Shown here: one piece after another, positions 9,324 through 18,960 of the stretch
Numbering within the stretch: the stretch's first letter is position 1
Layout: each line of letters begins with the position of its first letter
Assembly: GCA_965217045.1 (NCBI GenBank)
Contig: OZ244228.1
Coordinates: forward strand, 679,668 to 743,667
DNA: 64,000 bases
Origin: Vicinamibacterales bacterium
GTDB taxonomy: Bacteria > Acidobacteriota > Vicinamibacteria > Vicinamibacterales > UBA8438
Reading direction: 5' to 3'
Notes under the pieces: generated by a model
The model's input: the letters and a program-made list of their open reading frames with translations, nothing else
The model's database searches: none
What the model was told of the DNA's origin: nothing
Position numbers and translations under genes: made by a program

Positions 9324-12300
9324 CTACCAGTCGACGGTCGTGCTGAACTTGAACAGGCGGCCGTTCATGATCCCCGTCACACGCGGGAATGTGACGGCGG
9401 TGGTGTAGTTGTCGACCACCCGGGTGACGCTGTTCGCGTTGAAGATGTTGAAGACGTCGAAGTTGGCTCGGATGAGCCCCCCACCGAATCTCAAGATCTT
9501 GGTGAGTCGCAGATCGAGCTGGTTCACCTGCGGCTCGTACTGGACGGAGTTGTCGATGTACTGGGAAGTCGTCAAGGGGCCGCCCCTGCCGTCGAAGAAC
9601 CCGGTGCCGGAGGGGAACAGCGGGATAGAGGGCGTTTCCTGCAACGGGTAACCGAGCTGCGCTTCGATGTACTCCCGCTGGTTGTTAATCGGATACTCGG
9701 AGAACCGACGTTCTCCGGGAACGCTCTGAAGCACGAACGAGAAGGCCATGTCGTACGGCAGCGGCACCGAACCGTTGAGCTTGTACTGCGTCCTCTCACT
9801 CCACTCCGGCGCGTAGTTGCAGTATCCGGGCCGCTCCTGCATCGGATTGTCGATCGTGAAGCACTCGCTGACTTCCACGGCCCCCGTGGCGATGCCGCCG
9901 GCGAGCGTTATGCCGTTGGGAAACCGCCCGTCGAATATGAAGTCGATCCCGTTGAAGGTCTCCGACATCCTGCCGTCGGCGGGAATGAGCAGGTTGTCGG
10001 TGCCCAGGGCTCTCCCTTCCGGGGTGAGGGTGTACAGGTCGTCAAGAATCTGGCCGCTGATGTCTCCGAGCACCGCATCGTCGGGGGCTATGATGTTGAA
10101 CTTGCGGTAGTGCTCCGGCCCGATGGCGAGGTTGTCGACCGCGAGGAAGTTCATGTTGTTGCGGCGGAAGTACGCCACCTCGACCGACAGGCCGTCGGTC
10201 AGCTCATGTTGGATCCCGACCGAGTGCTGCCAGTTGGCCCGCCGATTGTTCCAGCCATTGAGTGTGCCGTCGGCAAAGTTGGTGGTCCCCCGGGTTTGGC
10301 CGAAGGTCGGATCGTTGATCTGCCCGCACTCGCCGTTCGCTCCGATGCTGGGGTGGAGCTCGCACTGCGGAACCAGGTCCCCGTTCAGGTCGTTCCAGTC
10401 CCGATACGAGTTGCTTACGATCGACTCCATTGGATTCTTGGTCTGCGCCAGAATCGTGCCGAGGGCGTTCACATACCGGCCCGAGTTCCACTTCAGCGCC
10501 GTCCGGCCGTTTCCGAAGAGGTCGAAGGCGGCGCCCAATCGCGCGTTGAGGTCGTTGAAGTTGGGAAAGCCGTCAAGGCGGTCGATGGAGAACGCTGGCA
10601 CGAACGGGCCCGCCGCGCGCGATTGTTCGGGAACCCATCCGGCGAGGTGGTCGTAGCGCACCCCGACGTTGAGCGTCAGCCGGTCGATCGTCCACTGGTC
10701 CTGCGCGTAGAGCCCCAGGAGATTCGCCTTCTGATAGGAAGTCGTGGGCGTGGCGTACTGTCGCACCTGGTACGGAACCCCGGGCTCTTCGAAGATGTAG
10801 GCCTTGTGGTTCAGAACGTAGGAACTGGGGTGGTTTTCTCCCACGTGGGTGCGGGTCATACCCACCTTGAAGTTGTGCGACCCGGTCACGTACGACATCG
10901 AGGCGCGCATGGTGAGATTGGGGAAATTGTTATCCGTTCCATACATCGCCGGCGTGTTCCCGCCAAGCCACATGAACGCGTTGACGTTGATGCCGTAAGA
11001 GTCGATCCAGACACCGACGTCGTCGATGGCGTTCACTTCGGGCTGCAGACCCGGGCTGCCCTGGGGCTTCGTATACGAGACGCCCGCCTCGAACAGCAGC
11101 CGGTTGCTCGCCGGCATGGTCCAGCTGACCTGCGTGTTGCGGATGTCTCCGTAGTCGTAGTCCATCGAGGCGTTGTAGTCGACGGTGCCGAATACCGCCC
11201 AGAACTGACACAGACAGTGGCCCTGGTCGGCATGCGATACGGTGAACTTGTTGCTCTCGCTCGCCTGCCACGTCAGACGGAAGCTGTTGTCGCGCGTGGT
11301 GCTCTGCTGCTCCGTCGGCCGGTCGAAGTCGGGCTGGTAGTCGACCGCCCCGTACGGCACCAGGTCGCGCGGCGCCGCGTTGTTGAAGCTCCCCGTCGTG
11401 TAGGTCTCCGTCCCCCACCACCGATGCGCCGTGTAGAACCACAGCCGGTCGCGGACGATCGGCCCGCCGATGCCGACGCCGACGTCCCGGTTGCTCTTGA
11501 GCCCCCGAACCTGGCGTTCGTCGAGTCCCCGCGCCCCGAGGGCCTCGTTCCAGTTCAGGTTCTGCATGTTCTCGTTCGCGCCGCTGGCGATCCCGTAGAC
11601 GCTGAACGCGTTGCCGCCCTCGCGGGGGATGTAGTTCATGGCGATCGCGCCGAAGCCCGTTTCGGCGTCCATGCCGCCGGTCGACATCACGACCTCCTCG
11701 ATCGACGCCTGGTTGGCGAAGAACAGCTTCCCGGTGCCGCCCCCGGACGTGACTGAGGCCGTGACCGACATGCCGTCCCACATGACCTCGCCGTCGTAGG
11801 TCGCGCTGCCGTGAATGATGACGGTGCCCCAGCTGTCACCGACGCTGCCGCCGACGTCCTGGCCGCCGCCCAGGATGTCGGTCTGCGCCCCGACGGTCAG
11901 CGCGGCGTAGCCCGAGTAGGTCCTGCCGGTCGGCAGAATGTCCAGCGTCTCGTTGGAGATGTTCTGCTGCTGCACGACGTTCTGCACGTCGATGACCGGG
12001 CTCGCACCGGAGACGGTCACCGTCTCCTCGACCGAGCCGACGGTCAGCGTGGCATCGACGTTCGCCGAGAACCCCGTGGCGATCTCGATGCCCTCGCGCA
12101 CGAACGTGCTGAAGCCGGGGAGGGTGAACGTCACCGTGTAGGTGCCGGGCCGCAACCCCTCGAGCCCGTACCGGCCCGAGCCGTCGGTGAAGGCGGTCCG
12201 CACGCCCTCGATGAGCGCCGGACTGCTCGCTTCCACCGTCACGCCGGGGAGGACGCCTCCCGTCTCGTCCGCCACCTCCCCTGCGATGCTGCCGGCCTGG

Positions 12301-12377
12301 GCCGCCGCACCTGCCGGAAGGAGCAGGAATATCGATAAAATCAGTGAACCCGCCGCCAGAAAGACTCTCCGGTGCAC
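9324..12377 (-). CDS. TonB-dependent receptor with N-terminal carboxypeptidase-regulatory-like domain
   Basis: 1017 aa with a GTG start preceded by GGGAGG and a signal peptide. GSIAGEVADETGGVLPGVTVEASSP...TDGSGRYGLEGLRPGTYTVTFTLPGF is a CarboxypepD_reg domain. A long beta-barrel region follows, ending with a C-terminal aromatic residue (TVDW). Confidence 0.85.
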   Translation of the reverse strand: MHRRVFLAAGSLILSIFLLLPAGAAAQAGSIAGEVADETGGVLPGVTVEASSPALIEGVRTAFTDGSGRYGLEGLRPGTYTVTFTLPGFSTFVREGIEIATGFSANVDATLTVGSVEETVTVSGASPVIDVQNVVQQQNISNETLDILPTGRTYSGYAALTVGAQTDILGGGQDVGGSVGDSWGTVIIHGSATYDGEVMWDGMSVTASVTSGGGTGKLFFANQASIEEVVMSTGGMDAETGFGAIAMNYIPREGGNAFSVYGIASGANENMQNLNWNEALGARGLDERQVRGLKSNRDVGVGIGGPIVRDRLWFYTAHRWWGTETYTTGSFNNAAPRDLVPYGAVDYQPDFDRPTEQQSTTRDNSFRLTWQASESNKFTVSHADQGHCLCQFWAVFGTVDYNASMDYDYGDIRNTQVSWTMPASNRLLFEAGVSYTKPQGSPGLQPEVNAIDDVGVWIDSYGINVNAFMWLGGNTPAMYGTDNNFPNLTMRASMSYVTGSHNFKVGMTRTHVGENHPSSYVLNHKAYIFEEPGVPYQVRQYATPTTSYQKANLLGLYAQDQWTIDRLTLNVGVRYDHLAGWVPEQSRAAGPFVPAFSIDRLDGFPNFNDLNARLGAAFDLFGNGRTALKWNSGRYVNALGTILAQTKNPMESIVSNSYRDWNDLNGDLVPQCELHPSIGANGECGQINDPTFGQTRGTTNFADGTLNGWNNRRANWQHSVGIQHELTDGLSVEVAYFRRNNMNFLAVDNLAIGPEHYRKFNIIAPDDAVLGDISGQILDDLYTLTPEGRALGTDNLLIPADGRMSETFNGIDFIFDGRFPNGITLAGGIATGAVEVSECFTIDNPMQERPGYCNYAPEWSERTQYKLNGSVPLPYDMAFSFVLQSVPGERRFSEYPINNQREYIEAQLGYPLQETPSIPLFPSGTGFFDGRGGPLTTSQYIDNSVQYEPQVNQLDLRLTKILRFGGGLIRANFDVFNIFNANSVTRVVDNYTTAVTFPRVTGIMNGRLFKFSTTVDW

Positions 12378-12599
12378 AACTACCTCCCGCGTTAAGGCTG
12401 GCTCTGCTGTCCAGTCCCGTCACTACCCAGCGTCATGCCCTTGCGCCACGAGCGAATGACCGTTGGTGCGCATCGATCCGGCCTGGATGACCTTCCGATG
12501 TCTGAAGCGTGATCGGTGAGACTTATGCAAATTGTGTGCTCATGGCCGGCGTGCGGATCAAGGCCCGGAAAACGGCGCTCGGCTCAAAGCGATCGGCCG

Positions 12600-12642
12600 C
12601 AATCCGATTCAATCCGTTGGATCCATCCATTCCGTTGGATTG
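12600..12642. promoter_or_regulatory. Cluster of short direct repeats (candidate operator) upstream of the TonB-dependent receptor gene
   Basis: CAATCCG occurs twice (12600, 12610; period 10) and TCCGTTGGAT occurs twice (12613, 12631; period 18). The cluster sits in a locally less GC-rich intergenic region, about 225-265 nt upstream of the receptor start. Confidence 0.25.
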
Positions 12643-12672
12643 TGTGTCCGGACACGGGCAGGTCCCTGCCAG

Positions 12673-13377
12673 CTACGGCGCGGCCGTTTCGCTCGTGGTC
12701 AGATCGAAGCTCCACTCCGAGTAGATGGCATGCCGCGGCCGCCAGGTCGCGCCTTCCTTGATCGACTCTAATTGGTACGCGCCCCGTACCGAGTGACCGG
12801 AGGTGAGGCTCCAGCGGACGCCCATCCTCGACCGGGAGCGCATGAATCCCCGGCGTTCGAAGGCCACCGACTGGTAGAGCCAGGGCGACACCCGCGCCCG
12901 GGGGCGCTCGGCCTGGATCTGCTGGCGGTAGCGGTTGAAAGCGGGGACGTCCGGCCGGCGGATGTGACGCTCGTACAGCGTGGTGCCCTCCACCCTGACG
13001 CTCCGTCGCAGGAGCGGATATGTCAGCCCGGCGCGCAGCCGGTGCTCCCAGCCGAAGCCGGAGCCGGTCCGCACGTGGTTCCGCAGGACGTAGCCGAGCG
13101 TCACGCTCAGGAGATCGGCAAGCAGGAGATCGACGTCCGTCTGGGCCCGCCTGTCGTACACGTTGCCCAGCGAGTCCCGAATGCGGGCGACGCCGCCGGC
13201 GGTCCAGGCGACCCGGTTCGATTCGAGAACCCGGAGCTCGATATCCGTCCACGACTGGATATCGTCCGCGGCGATCGGACGCTTCGCGAGCGGCAGCAGG
13301 ACCAGCAGGATGGTGTACGCGGCGGCCATCCGGCGCATCGAACGTGCCCGGCCGGATGGCGCCGGGGCATCTGCCAT
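12673..13377 (-). CDS. DUF2490-like outer-membrane beta-barrel protein
   Basis: 234-aa ORF; the likely start is the internal MRRMAAAYTILLVLLPLA. It shows the alternating beta-strand pattern and the W..IEL/R.R......Y motifs I associate with DUF2490. Confidence 0.6.
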   Translation of the reverse strand: MADAPAPSGRARSMRRMAAAYTILLVLLPLAKRPIAADDIQSWTDIELRVLESNRVAWTAGGVARIRDSLGNVYDRRAQTDVDLLLADLLSVTLGYVLRNHVRTGSGFGWEHRLRAGLTYPLLRRSVRVEGTTLYERHIRRPDVPAFNRYRQQIQAERPRARVSPWLYQSVAFERRGFMRSRSRMGVRWSLTSGHSVRGAYQLESIKEGATWRPRHAIYSEWSFDLTTSETAAP

Positions 13378-13684
13378 GACGGGATGCTAGTCCACTTCGT
13401 TGCCGGCATGCGATCCGCGGGACTGCGGGTAGACTGGGGACGGCGGGCGGCCGGCAGGAGCTGCCGGCGGTTGCCGCCCTGGCCGATGCCTACCCGGACT
13501 ACACGCTGGATGGCGCCCGGGCGACCGTCGAGGCGATTGTCGGCGAGTTCGGCGGCTCCGCGGGCCGCTGACGGCACGACGGTGTCGCCGTGGGGGAACG
13601 GCTGCTGATTCTGCGGAGAGGGTCGGGTCATTGAGCCGCATGGCGGGCCGCAGCGCCGCCGTGGTTGCGGCATGGAGGATTCTG

Positions 13685-14728
13685 ATGCGGACGCGCTGGT
13701 TGTTGCTCTTGCTCGCGGGAGTACTTGCCTTCGTGCCGCCGGCGTCCGCGCAGGACGGCGGCACGCTCGAGATCTACTTCGTCGACGTAGAGGGCGGCGC
13801 GGCCACGCTGCTGGTGTCGCCCTCCGGTGAGTCGATGCTCGTGGACTCTGGCCATCCCGGCACGGTGGACGCCGAACGGATCGCCGCCGCCGCGGCCGAC
13901 GCGGGGCTCGAGCGCATCGACTATCTGGTCACGACGCACTACCACCTGGACCACGTCGGCGGCGCGCCCGAGGTGGCGGCCCGGCTGCCGATACGCAACT
14001 TCGTGGACCACGGCCTGCCGACGGCCACGGAGCTCGACAGCAACCAGCCGCTCTATGAGGTCTACGTGGAGACCCGCGGGGACGGCCGGCACATGCCGGT
14101 GCAGGCGGGCGACCGGATCCCGATCGACGGCCTCGACGTGTGCGTCGTCTCGTCCGGCGAGGAGTTCATCACGACGCCCCTGCCCGGTGGCGGCGCGGCG
14201 AATCCGTTGTGCAACAGCTTCGCGCCGAAGGAGGAGACCCGCATCTCCGGCGGCGAGAACGGGCGGTCCGTCGGCCTCGTGATCCGCCACGGCGACTTCA
14301 GCACGATCGCGCTCGGCGATCTGACCTGGAACCGGGAGCACAAGCTCGTGTGCCCGAACAACCTGCTCGGCACCGTCGATCTGTACCTCACGACGCATCA
14401 CGGCCTGGCCATCTCCGGCCCGCGGGCGATCGTGCACGCCCTGCAGCCGCGGGTCGCCGTGATGAACAACGGGCCGACGAAGGGCGGAGCGCCCGAGGCG
14501 TGGGGGACCGTGCGCAGCTCGCCCGGTCTCGAGGACTTCTGGCAGGGCCACTATTCGGTGAACGCCGGTGCCGAGCACAACGCGCCGGAGGATTTCATCG
14601 CCAACTTCGACGAGTCGCGCGAAGGGTGCACGGCGCACTGGATCAAGGTGTCCGCGTCGTCCGACGGCAGCTTCACCGTCACGAACGGACGCAACGGGTT
14701 CAGCAAGACGTACGCTGCCGGGGGCTAG
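13685..14728 (+). CDS. MBL-fold metallo-hydrolase, secreted
   Basis: Start ATG 13685 follows GGAGGA and opens with the signal MRTRWLLLLLAGVLAFVPPASA. The metal motif is TTHYHLDHVGG. The TAG stop (14726-14728) lies inside the CTAG at the IS boundary. Confidence 0.8.
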   Translation: MRTRWLLLLLAGVLAFVPPASAQDGGTLEIYFVDVEGGAATLLVSPSGESMLVDSGHPGTVDAERIAAAAADAGLERIDYLVTTHYHLDHVGGAPEVAARLPIRNFVDHGLPTATELDSNQPLYEVYVETRGDGRHMPVQAGDRIPIDGLDVCVVSSGEEFITTPLPGGGAANPLCNSFAPKEETRISGGENGRSVGLVIRHGDFSTIALGDLTWNREHKLVCPNNLLGTVDLYLTTHHGLAISGPRAIVHALQPRVAVMNNGPTKGGAPEAWGTVRSSPGLEDFWQGHYSVNAGAEHNAPEDFIANFDESREGCTAHWIKVSASSDGSFTVTNGRNGFSKTYAAGG

Positions 14729-16319
14729 GAGTCTGCGCCGCAGGAGATGCCGCGGCGTGAAGTGGGTCGTCGGCCCATGCTCTGACTTATCGTGTCGGAG
14801 CAGCTTCGGCGGTCGCCCGACGAGGTAGTTCCTCGGCAGATGGCGAGATCCGGCGTTGACGGGCCCCTTGGTCCGCCAGAGACCGTGATGCGCGCCGATC
14901 GGTCGCCATCGCGAGCCTCGTTGCCGCGTGTCACGCCGCGATCAGGGCGTGCAGGCGCTTGGCGTTCAACGCCAGGCACACCAAGTCCCACTCGCCGCGC
15001 ACCTTCGCCAGCCCCCGCAGGCTGAAGCGCCGGAATCCCAGCACGTGTTTGATCCAGCCGTGCGGAGCCTCCGACAGCCACTTGCGTTCGGCGTATGCCG
15101 CACGACCCGCCGGCTTCGACAGCTTCTCGGCCATGCGATTCGTCGCGGGGTACTGCCCCGGGTCGCGGGGCCGCGCCGTCTTGCCCTCCCGTCCCAGTGA
15201 CACTTACCCGTCGACGCCCCGCGTCTCCAGGTTCACCAAGTCCCGCTCGTTACTGTAGCCAGCGTCCGCCAGCACCGTGTCTGGCTGCTCGCCGACCGTC
15301 TCCGCCACCTCGTCGAGCAGCAGCGGCAGCCCACCCTGGTCGCTCGCGTTCGCCGTCACCTCCGTCGCCACCACCAACTGGTGCTCACCATCCACCGCTA
15401 CCTGCGCGTTGTAGCACTGCTGGAACCCGTCGTTGCTCGTCTTCATGATCCCGCTCTCCGGGTCCGTGAAGTTGCTCTGTGCCTTCTCGTCCGGCTCGCC
15501 ATACCCCCGCTTGTACGGCCGTCCGCCCTTCAGGTTCCGATCCTGGCCCGGCTGCCGCCCGCCCGCGTCGTCCGCCGCCCACCGTGCCGCCTCCAGCCGC
15601 TCCTTCGCCGCCCGGATCGCCGCCAGGCGATCCTCCCGCCGGCGCAACTCCGACGGGAGCTCGTCGCCGCGTGCGTCCGGCCCGAAGCGCTCATCCTCAG
15701 CCGCGTCGGCGTCGCGTGCCGCCCGCACCAGCGCGTCAATCTCACCAGCCAAGCGCCGCTCTTCCTCCTGCATCCGACCGTAGCTCATCGCCTTGTGCTT
15801 GCTCGCGTTCGCACGAACCTTCGTGCCGTCGATCGACAGCTTGCCGAAGCTCGCCAACCCCAATTCCCGCGCCAGACGCACCACCTCCACAAACAGCGCC
15901 TTGAAGTCCTCCAGGTGCCGACGCCGAAACTCGCAAACCGTCCGGTGCTGCGGAAAGTTGCCGGCCGCCAGCACCCGGAACGCCACGTCCTCCTCCAGCC
16001 TCCTCGCAATCCCCTGCGACGAAAACACCCCCGTCGCGTAGGCGTAGAGCAGCACCTTCACCATCATCCGCGGCTCATACGGCGCGTTGCGCCGACCATC
16101 CCCCGCATACGCGGCGTAGAACGCCGTCAGGTCCAGGCCGTCTACCAGATCGCTGACGTGGTGCGCCAAATGGCCCTCCGGCAACCATGCCCGCACGTCG
16201 GGCGGCAACAGCAGCGATTGGTCCGGTGCGTAGCGGCGAAAAGTCGTCGACATCAAGTCCTTCCGGCGTCCGATCTCGCCTGCGATTGTCGCACCGTTTT
16301 CTGCGGCGCAGACTCCTAG
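14725..16319 (-). mobile_element. IS1182-family (IS5-like) insertion sequence with perfect terminal inverted repeats
   Basis: CTAGGAGTCTGCGCCGCAG at 14725-14743 is the exact reverse complement of 16301-16319. The outer CTAG may be a target duplication, which would make the element proper 14729-16315. It encloses a single transposase frame. Confidence 0.85.
14931..16256 (-). pseudogene. IS1182-family DDE transposase interrupted by an in-frame TAA
   Basis: ORFs 15204-16256 and 14931-15203 are in the same frame and separated only by TAA (15206-15204). The junction reads ...ETRGVDG*VSLGREGK... where relatives as I recall them have Tyr. Both the N-terminal InsH-like region and the C-terminal WIKHVLGFRRFSLRGLAKV motif are present. 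Confidence 0.85.
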
Positions 16320-16424
16320 TACGGGAGGAACCGGTGGGAGTTCGTGGTCACGTTCGCACCGCTGATCGTGCGCGGCGGGACCGGCGCCGCGGTCAATCCG
16401 ATCGCGACGTTCTAGAGCGGCGCT

Positions 16425-17798
16425 CTACTCGTAGTCCGCGGCTGCGAGTGACAGGCGTACGACCTCGGTGTCGTTGCGTGCGATCACGTGGCGGTTCGCG
16501 AACGCCGGATGCGCCCACAGGACCGCGCGGTCGTGGTTTGTCCAGCGGTTGGAGCCGCCGCCGCGGGTACGGGTGGTGGGCGTCAGCAGGTGCGTCCGGT
16601 CGACCTCCTCGTAGCCGGTCGGCGTGAAGCGGGCAATGACCAGCTCGCCGGTCTCGACGGAGATGAACGAGCGGTCGTGGTTCTGCACGAGGTGTGAGCT
16701 CGCCCAGCGGTCCTCGGGTACGAGCCGGTCGCTCGACCACAGCCGCTCGCCGGTCGTGGCGTCCACACCGCGCAGCTCGCCGTAGCTGTTGAGCCCGTAG
16801 ATCGTGTCGCCCACCACGATCGGCGTCGACGTCATGGATCTCTGCACTGGGCGGTCGGTGCGATTGGGGTTCGCGCCGGTCCAGACTAGGCGCGCCGCGG
16901 GACGGTCGGCATTGAGCGCCAGCATCAGGCCGCCGTTCTCCACCTGCGTCACGAGCAGGTAGCGCCCGCTGCGAACCGGCGTGCCGATCGTCAGCCCGCT
17001 CGCGACCTCGAAGTCGTGCTGCCACCAGATGCGGCCGGTCGCCGGGTCGAGCGACGTGACCGCCGCCGGGTGCCAGACGATCAACTGCCGCACGCCCCCG
17101 GCGGTGGTCACGATCGGCGAGGAGTAGCCCGCTTCCGAGGTCGTCTCGATCGCGCGCCACACCTCGGCGCCTGTCGCCTTGTCGAACGCCACGACCATGG
17201 CGTCGGGCTCGCCGCCGAGCAGCGTGATCAGATGCTCGCCCTCCACGAGCGGCGAGTGCGATATGCCGTAGACCGGCACGGTGACGCCGTAGTCGGTCAC
17301 GGTGTCGATCTGCCAGATCAGATCACCGCTGGCGGTGTCGAAGCACGACAGCATGCCGGCGGCCCCGAGGATGTAGACGCGGTTGCCGTCGACGGTCGGC
17401 GTGGCCCGGGGTCCGGTGGTGAACACCGACACGATGTTGCGGTAGGTCGCGGGCCATTCCCGCGTCCAGAGGACCGCCCCGGTCTCCTCGTCGAGCGCCA
17501 CGAGCCGCTCGTGGCCGTCCAGCGTCCGGCTGCCCGGCGTTTCCTGATAGTCGAGGACGAAGACGCGCCCGTCGGCGACGGCCGGCCCGGCGAAGCCGCC
17601 GCGCACCGGCGTGCGCCACTTGACGATCAGCCCGTCGTCGGCGAAGCGCTCGACGATGCCGGTCTCGCGCCACACGGCGCCCCGGTCGACGCCGCGCCAC
17701 TGCGGCCAGTCCTCGGCGTTGAGCACGGCGGTCAAGAGGCAGACGACGGCGCAGGCGAGCGCCGCGGTCATTCGGCAGGGCAGACGACGGTCGGACAT
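16425..17798 (-). CDS. PQQ-like (BamB/YVTN-type) beta-propeller repeat protein, secreted
   Basis: The track ORF extends to 18137, but the credible start is ATG 17798 (MSDRRLPCRMTAALACAVVCLLTAVLNA). It continues with WPQWRGVDRGAVW and repeated blades of the form ..DG.V(F/Y)(V/I)L......L.A.D..TG...W. Confidence 0.8.
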   Translation of the reverse strand: MSDRRLPCRMTAALACAVVCLLTAVLNAEDWPQWRGVDRGAVWRETGIVERFADDGLIVKWRTPVRGGFAGPAVADGRVFVLDYQETPGSRTLDGHERLVALDEETGAVLWTREWPATYRNIVSVFTTGPRATPTVDGNRVYILGAAGMLSCFDTASGDLIWQIDTVTDYGVTVPVYGISHSPLVEGEHLITLLGGEPDAMVVAFDKATGAEVWRAIETTSEAGYSSPIVTTAGGVRQLIVWHPAAVTSLDPATGRIWWQHDFEVASGLTIGTPVRSGRYLLVTQVENGGLMLALNADRPAARLVWTGANPNRTDRPVQRSMTSTPIVVGDTIYGLNSYGELRGVDATTGERLWSSDRLVPEDRWASSHLVQNHDRSFISVETGELVIARFTPTGYEEVDRTHLLTPTTRTRGGGSNRWTNHDRAVLWAHPAFANRHVIARNDTEVVRLSLAAADYE

Positions 17799-17847
17799 GG
17801 CAGCTCCCGGTGCGGCATGGCTGGCGGCTGGCCGCCGGCCATGCCGG

Positions 17848-18186
17848 TCAACGTTCAGATGGCGGTTGCACATGCGCTTCGGCGGCGGGCACGTCGCGCA
17901 GGCGCTCCTGCACGGTGCCCGGCAGCCCGAGGGAGGTGTCCGCGCCCAGCTCGGCGAGCAGCGCGGCCGTCTCCGGGAATTCCTGGAAGTAGAACGACTG
18001 CTTGCTGCCCTCCGCCAGGCGGTAGGCGGTGCGGCCGCGGAAGTCGCGGGCGTCGATGTCGGCGCCGTGGTCCAGGAGCATCCGGACCACCAGACGGCGG
18101 TCGGCTGCGCCCGCCGCTGCGAGTCCTGCAGCGGCAATCGATACGACGAGGCACAGGGACGCGAGCCGGCCGCTGAACGCGTTCAT
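17848..18186 (-). CDS. Small secreted ankyrin-repeat protein
   Basis: 112 aa with the signal MNAFSGRLASLCLVVSIAAAGLAAAGA. It contains an ANK-like unit, VVRMLLDHGADIDARDFRGRTAYRLA. It lies directly upstream of, and co-directional with, the PQQ-like propeller gene. Confidence 0.5.
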   Translation of the reverse strand: MNAFSGRLASLCLVVSIAAAGLAAAGAADRRLVVRMLLDHGADIDARDFRGRTAYRLAEGSKQSFYFQEFPETAALLAELGADTSLGLPGTVQERLRDVPAAEAHVQPPSER

Positions 18187-18272
18187 CTCAGGTTTGCCGG
18201 AGTCGACGGGTGGAGCACCTAAGGTTGCTAACGAGTGGGAGTTATCCTAGCATACGGGCTATCCTCTTCCCT

Positions 18273-18960
18273 ATGTTCAGGGCTGCCGTCGGTGCCGGTC
18301 TGGGGCTCGTCTCCCTCGGATTGGGCGGGCCGCAACCTGCGGGCCAGGACATCCTCAGATGGGCGCGCGTTGCTCGACCGGTACTGCGTCGCCTGCCACA
18401 GCGACCGGCTCAGGACGGGCGGGCTCTCCCTGGAACGGCTCGACGTCGGCGACGTGCAGGGCAACGCGGAAGTGCTCGAGAAGGTGCACCGCAAGCTGAG
18501 CGACGGGCTGATGCTGCCGGCTGGGCGGCCGCGGCCCGCCGCCGCCGCGGTGGAGGGCTTCCTGGCCGCGCTCGAAACGGCGCTGGACGCGGCGGCCGCG
18601 CCCGATCCCGGCCGGATTCCCACGCGCCGCCTGAACCGGACCGAGTACGTCAAGGCCGTGCACGACCTGCTGGAGCTGGAGATCGACGGCGCGGAGCTGT
18701 TGCCCGGCGACCTGGCCGGGTTCGGCTTCGACAACAATGCCGACGCGCTCGCGATCACCCCCGCGCTGATGAACCGCTACATGGCGGCGGCGATGCACAT
18801 CAGCCGGACGGCGCTCTCCAGCCCGGAGAACGGCCCCGCGGGGCACGTCTACGCGGTTCCCGCGCGGGCGCGGCAGGATGCGCGGATGGGCGCCGTTCGC
18901 CACGCGCGGGGGGCTGGCCGTGCGGCACACGTTACCAACGAGCACCACCTCGATCGGACG
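18273..18960 (+). pseudogene. Decayed N-terminal fragment of a PSCyt/DUF1587 (DUF1592-type) heme-c protein
   Basis: A signal-peptide-like start (MFRAAVGAGLGLVSLGLGG, ATG 18273) is in a different frame from the following LLDRYCVACHSDRLRTGGLSLE (CxxCH) and RRLNRTEYVKAVHDLLELEIDGAELLPGD...GFDNNADAL (DUF1587-like). Homology stops near QDARMG, about 215 aa into what is normally a roughly 800-1000-aa protein as I recall. Confidence 0.45.

Noticed and set aside
9198-11756. An 852-aa plus-strand ORF overlaps the TonB-dependent receptor locus.
   Set aside because: It is antisense to a full-length receptor with a CarboxypepD_reg domain and a barrel, and its composition is shadow-like (R/V/G/A/P-rich). 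The same reasoning applies to 20456-22723, 24994-26676, 30445-32490, 37293-39413, 41180-43744, 56716-58647 and 62121-63920.
12378-12672. A cobalamin (or other) riboswitch could lie in the 295-nt leader of the TonB-dependent receptor gene.
   Set aside because: Reading the minus strand, I could not find a B12 box or the conserved GGTG/GCCACTG core elements. Only short direct repeats are evident.
15204-15206. In-frame stops in three genes (TAA at 15204-15206, TAG at 36638-36640, TAG at 61135-61137) could signal stop-codon reassignment or programmed readthrough.
   Set aside because: TAG, TGA and TAA all terminate many full-length, well-conserved genes in this window at the expected positions (for example, TAG ends the ald, NhaC, MBL and PQQ genes). 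Two of the three cases lie in decaying IS transposases. Point mutations or pseudogenisation are the simpler explanation.
16320-16415. An open frame immediately after the IS right end (YGRNRWEFVVTFAPLIVRGGTGAAVNPIATF-stop) would be in frame with the MBL gene if the IS and the TAG were removed.
   Set aside because: Thirty-one open codons are unremarkable in GC-rich DNA. There is no start codon and no recognisable family, and the MBL protein already ends in a plausible C-terminus. The evidence is insufficient for a truncated-gene call.
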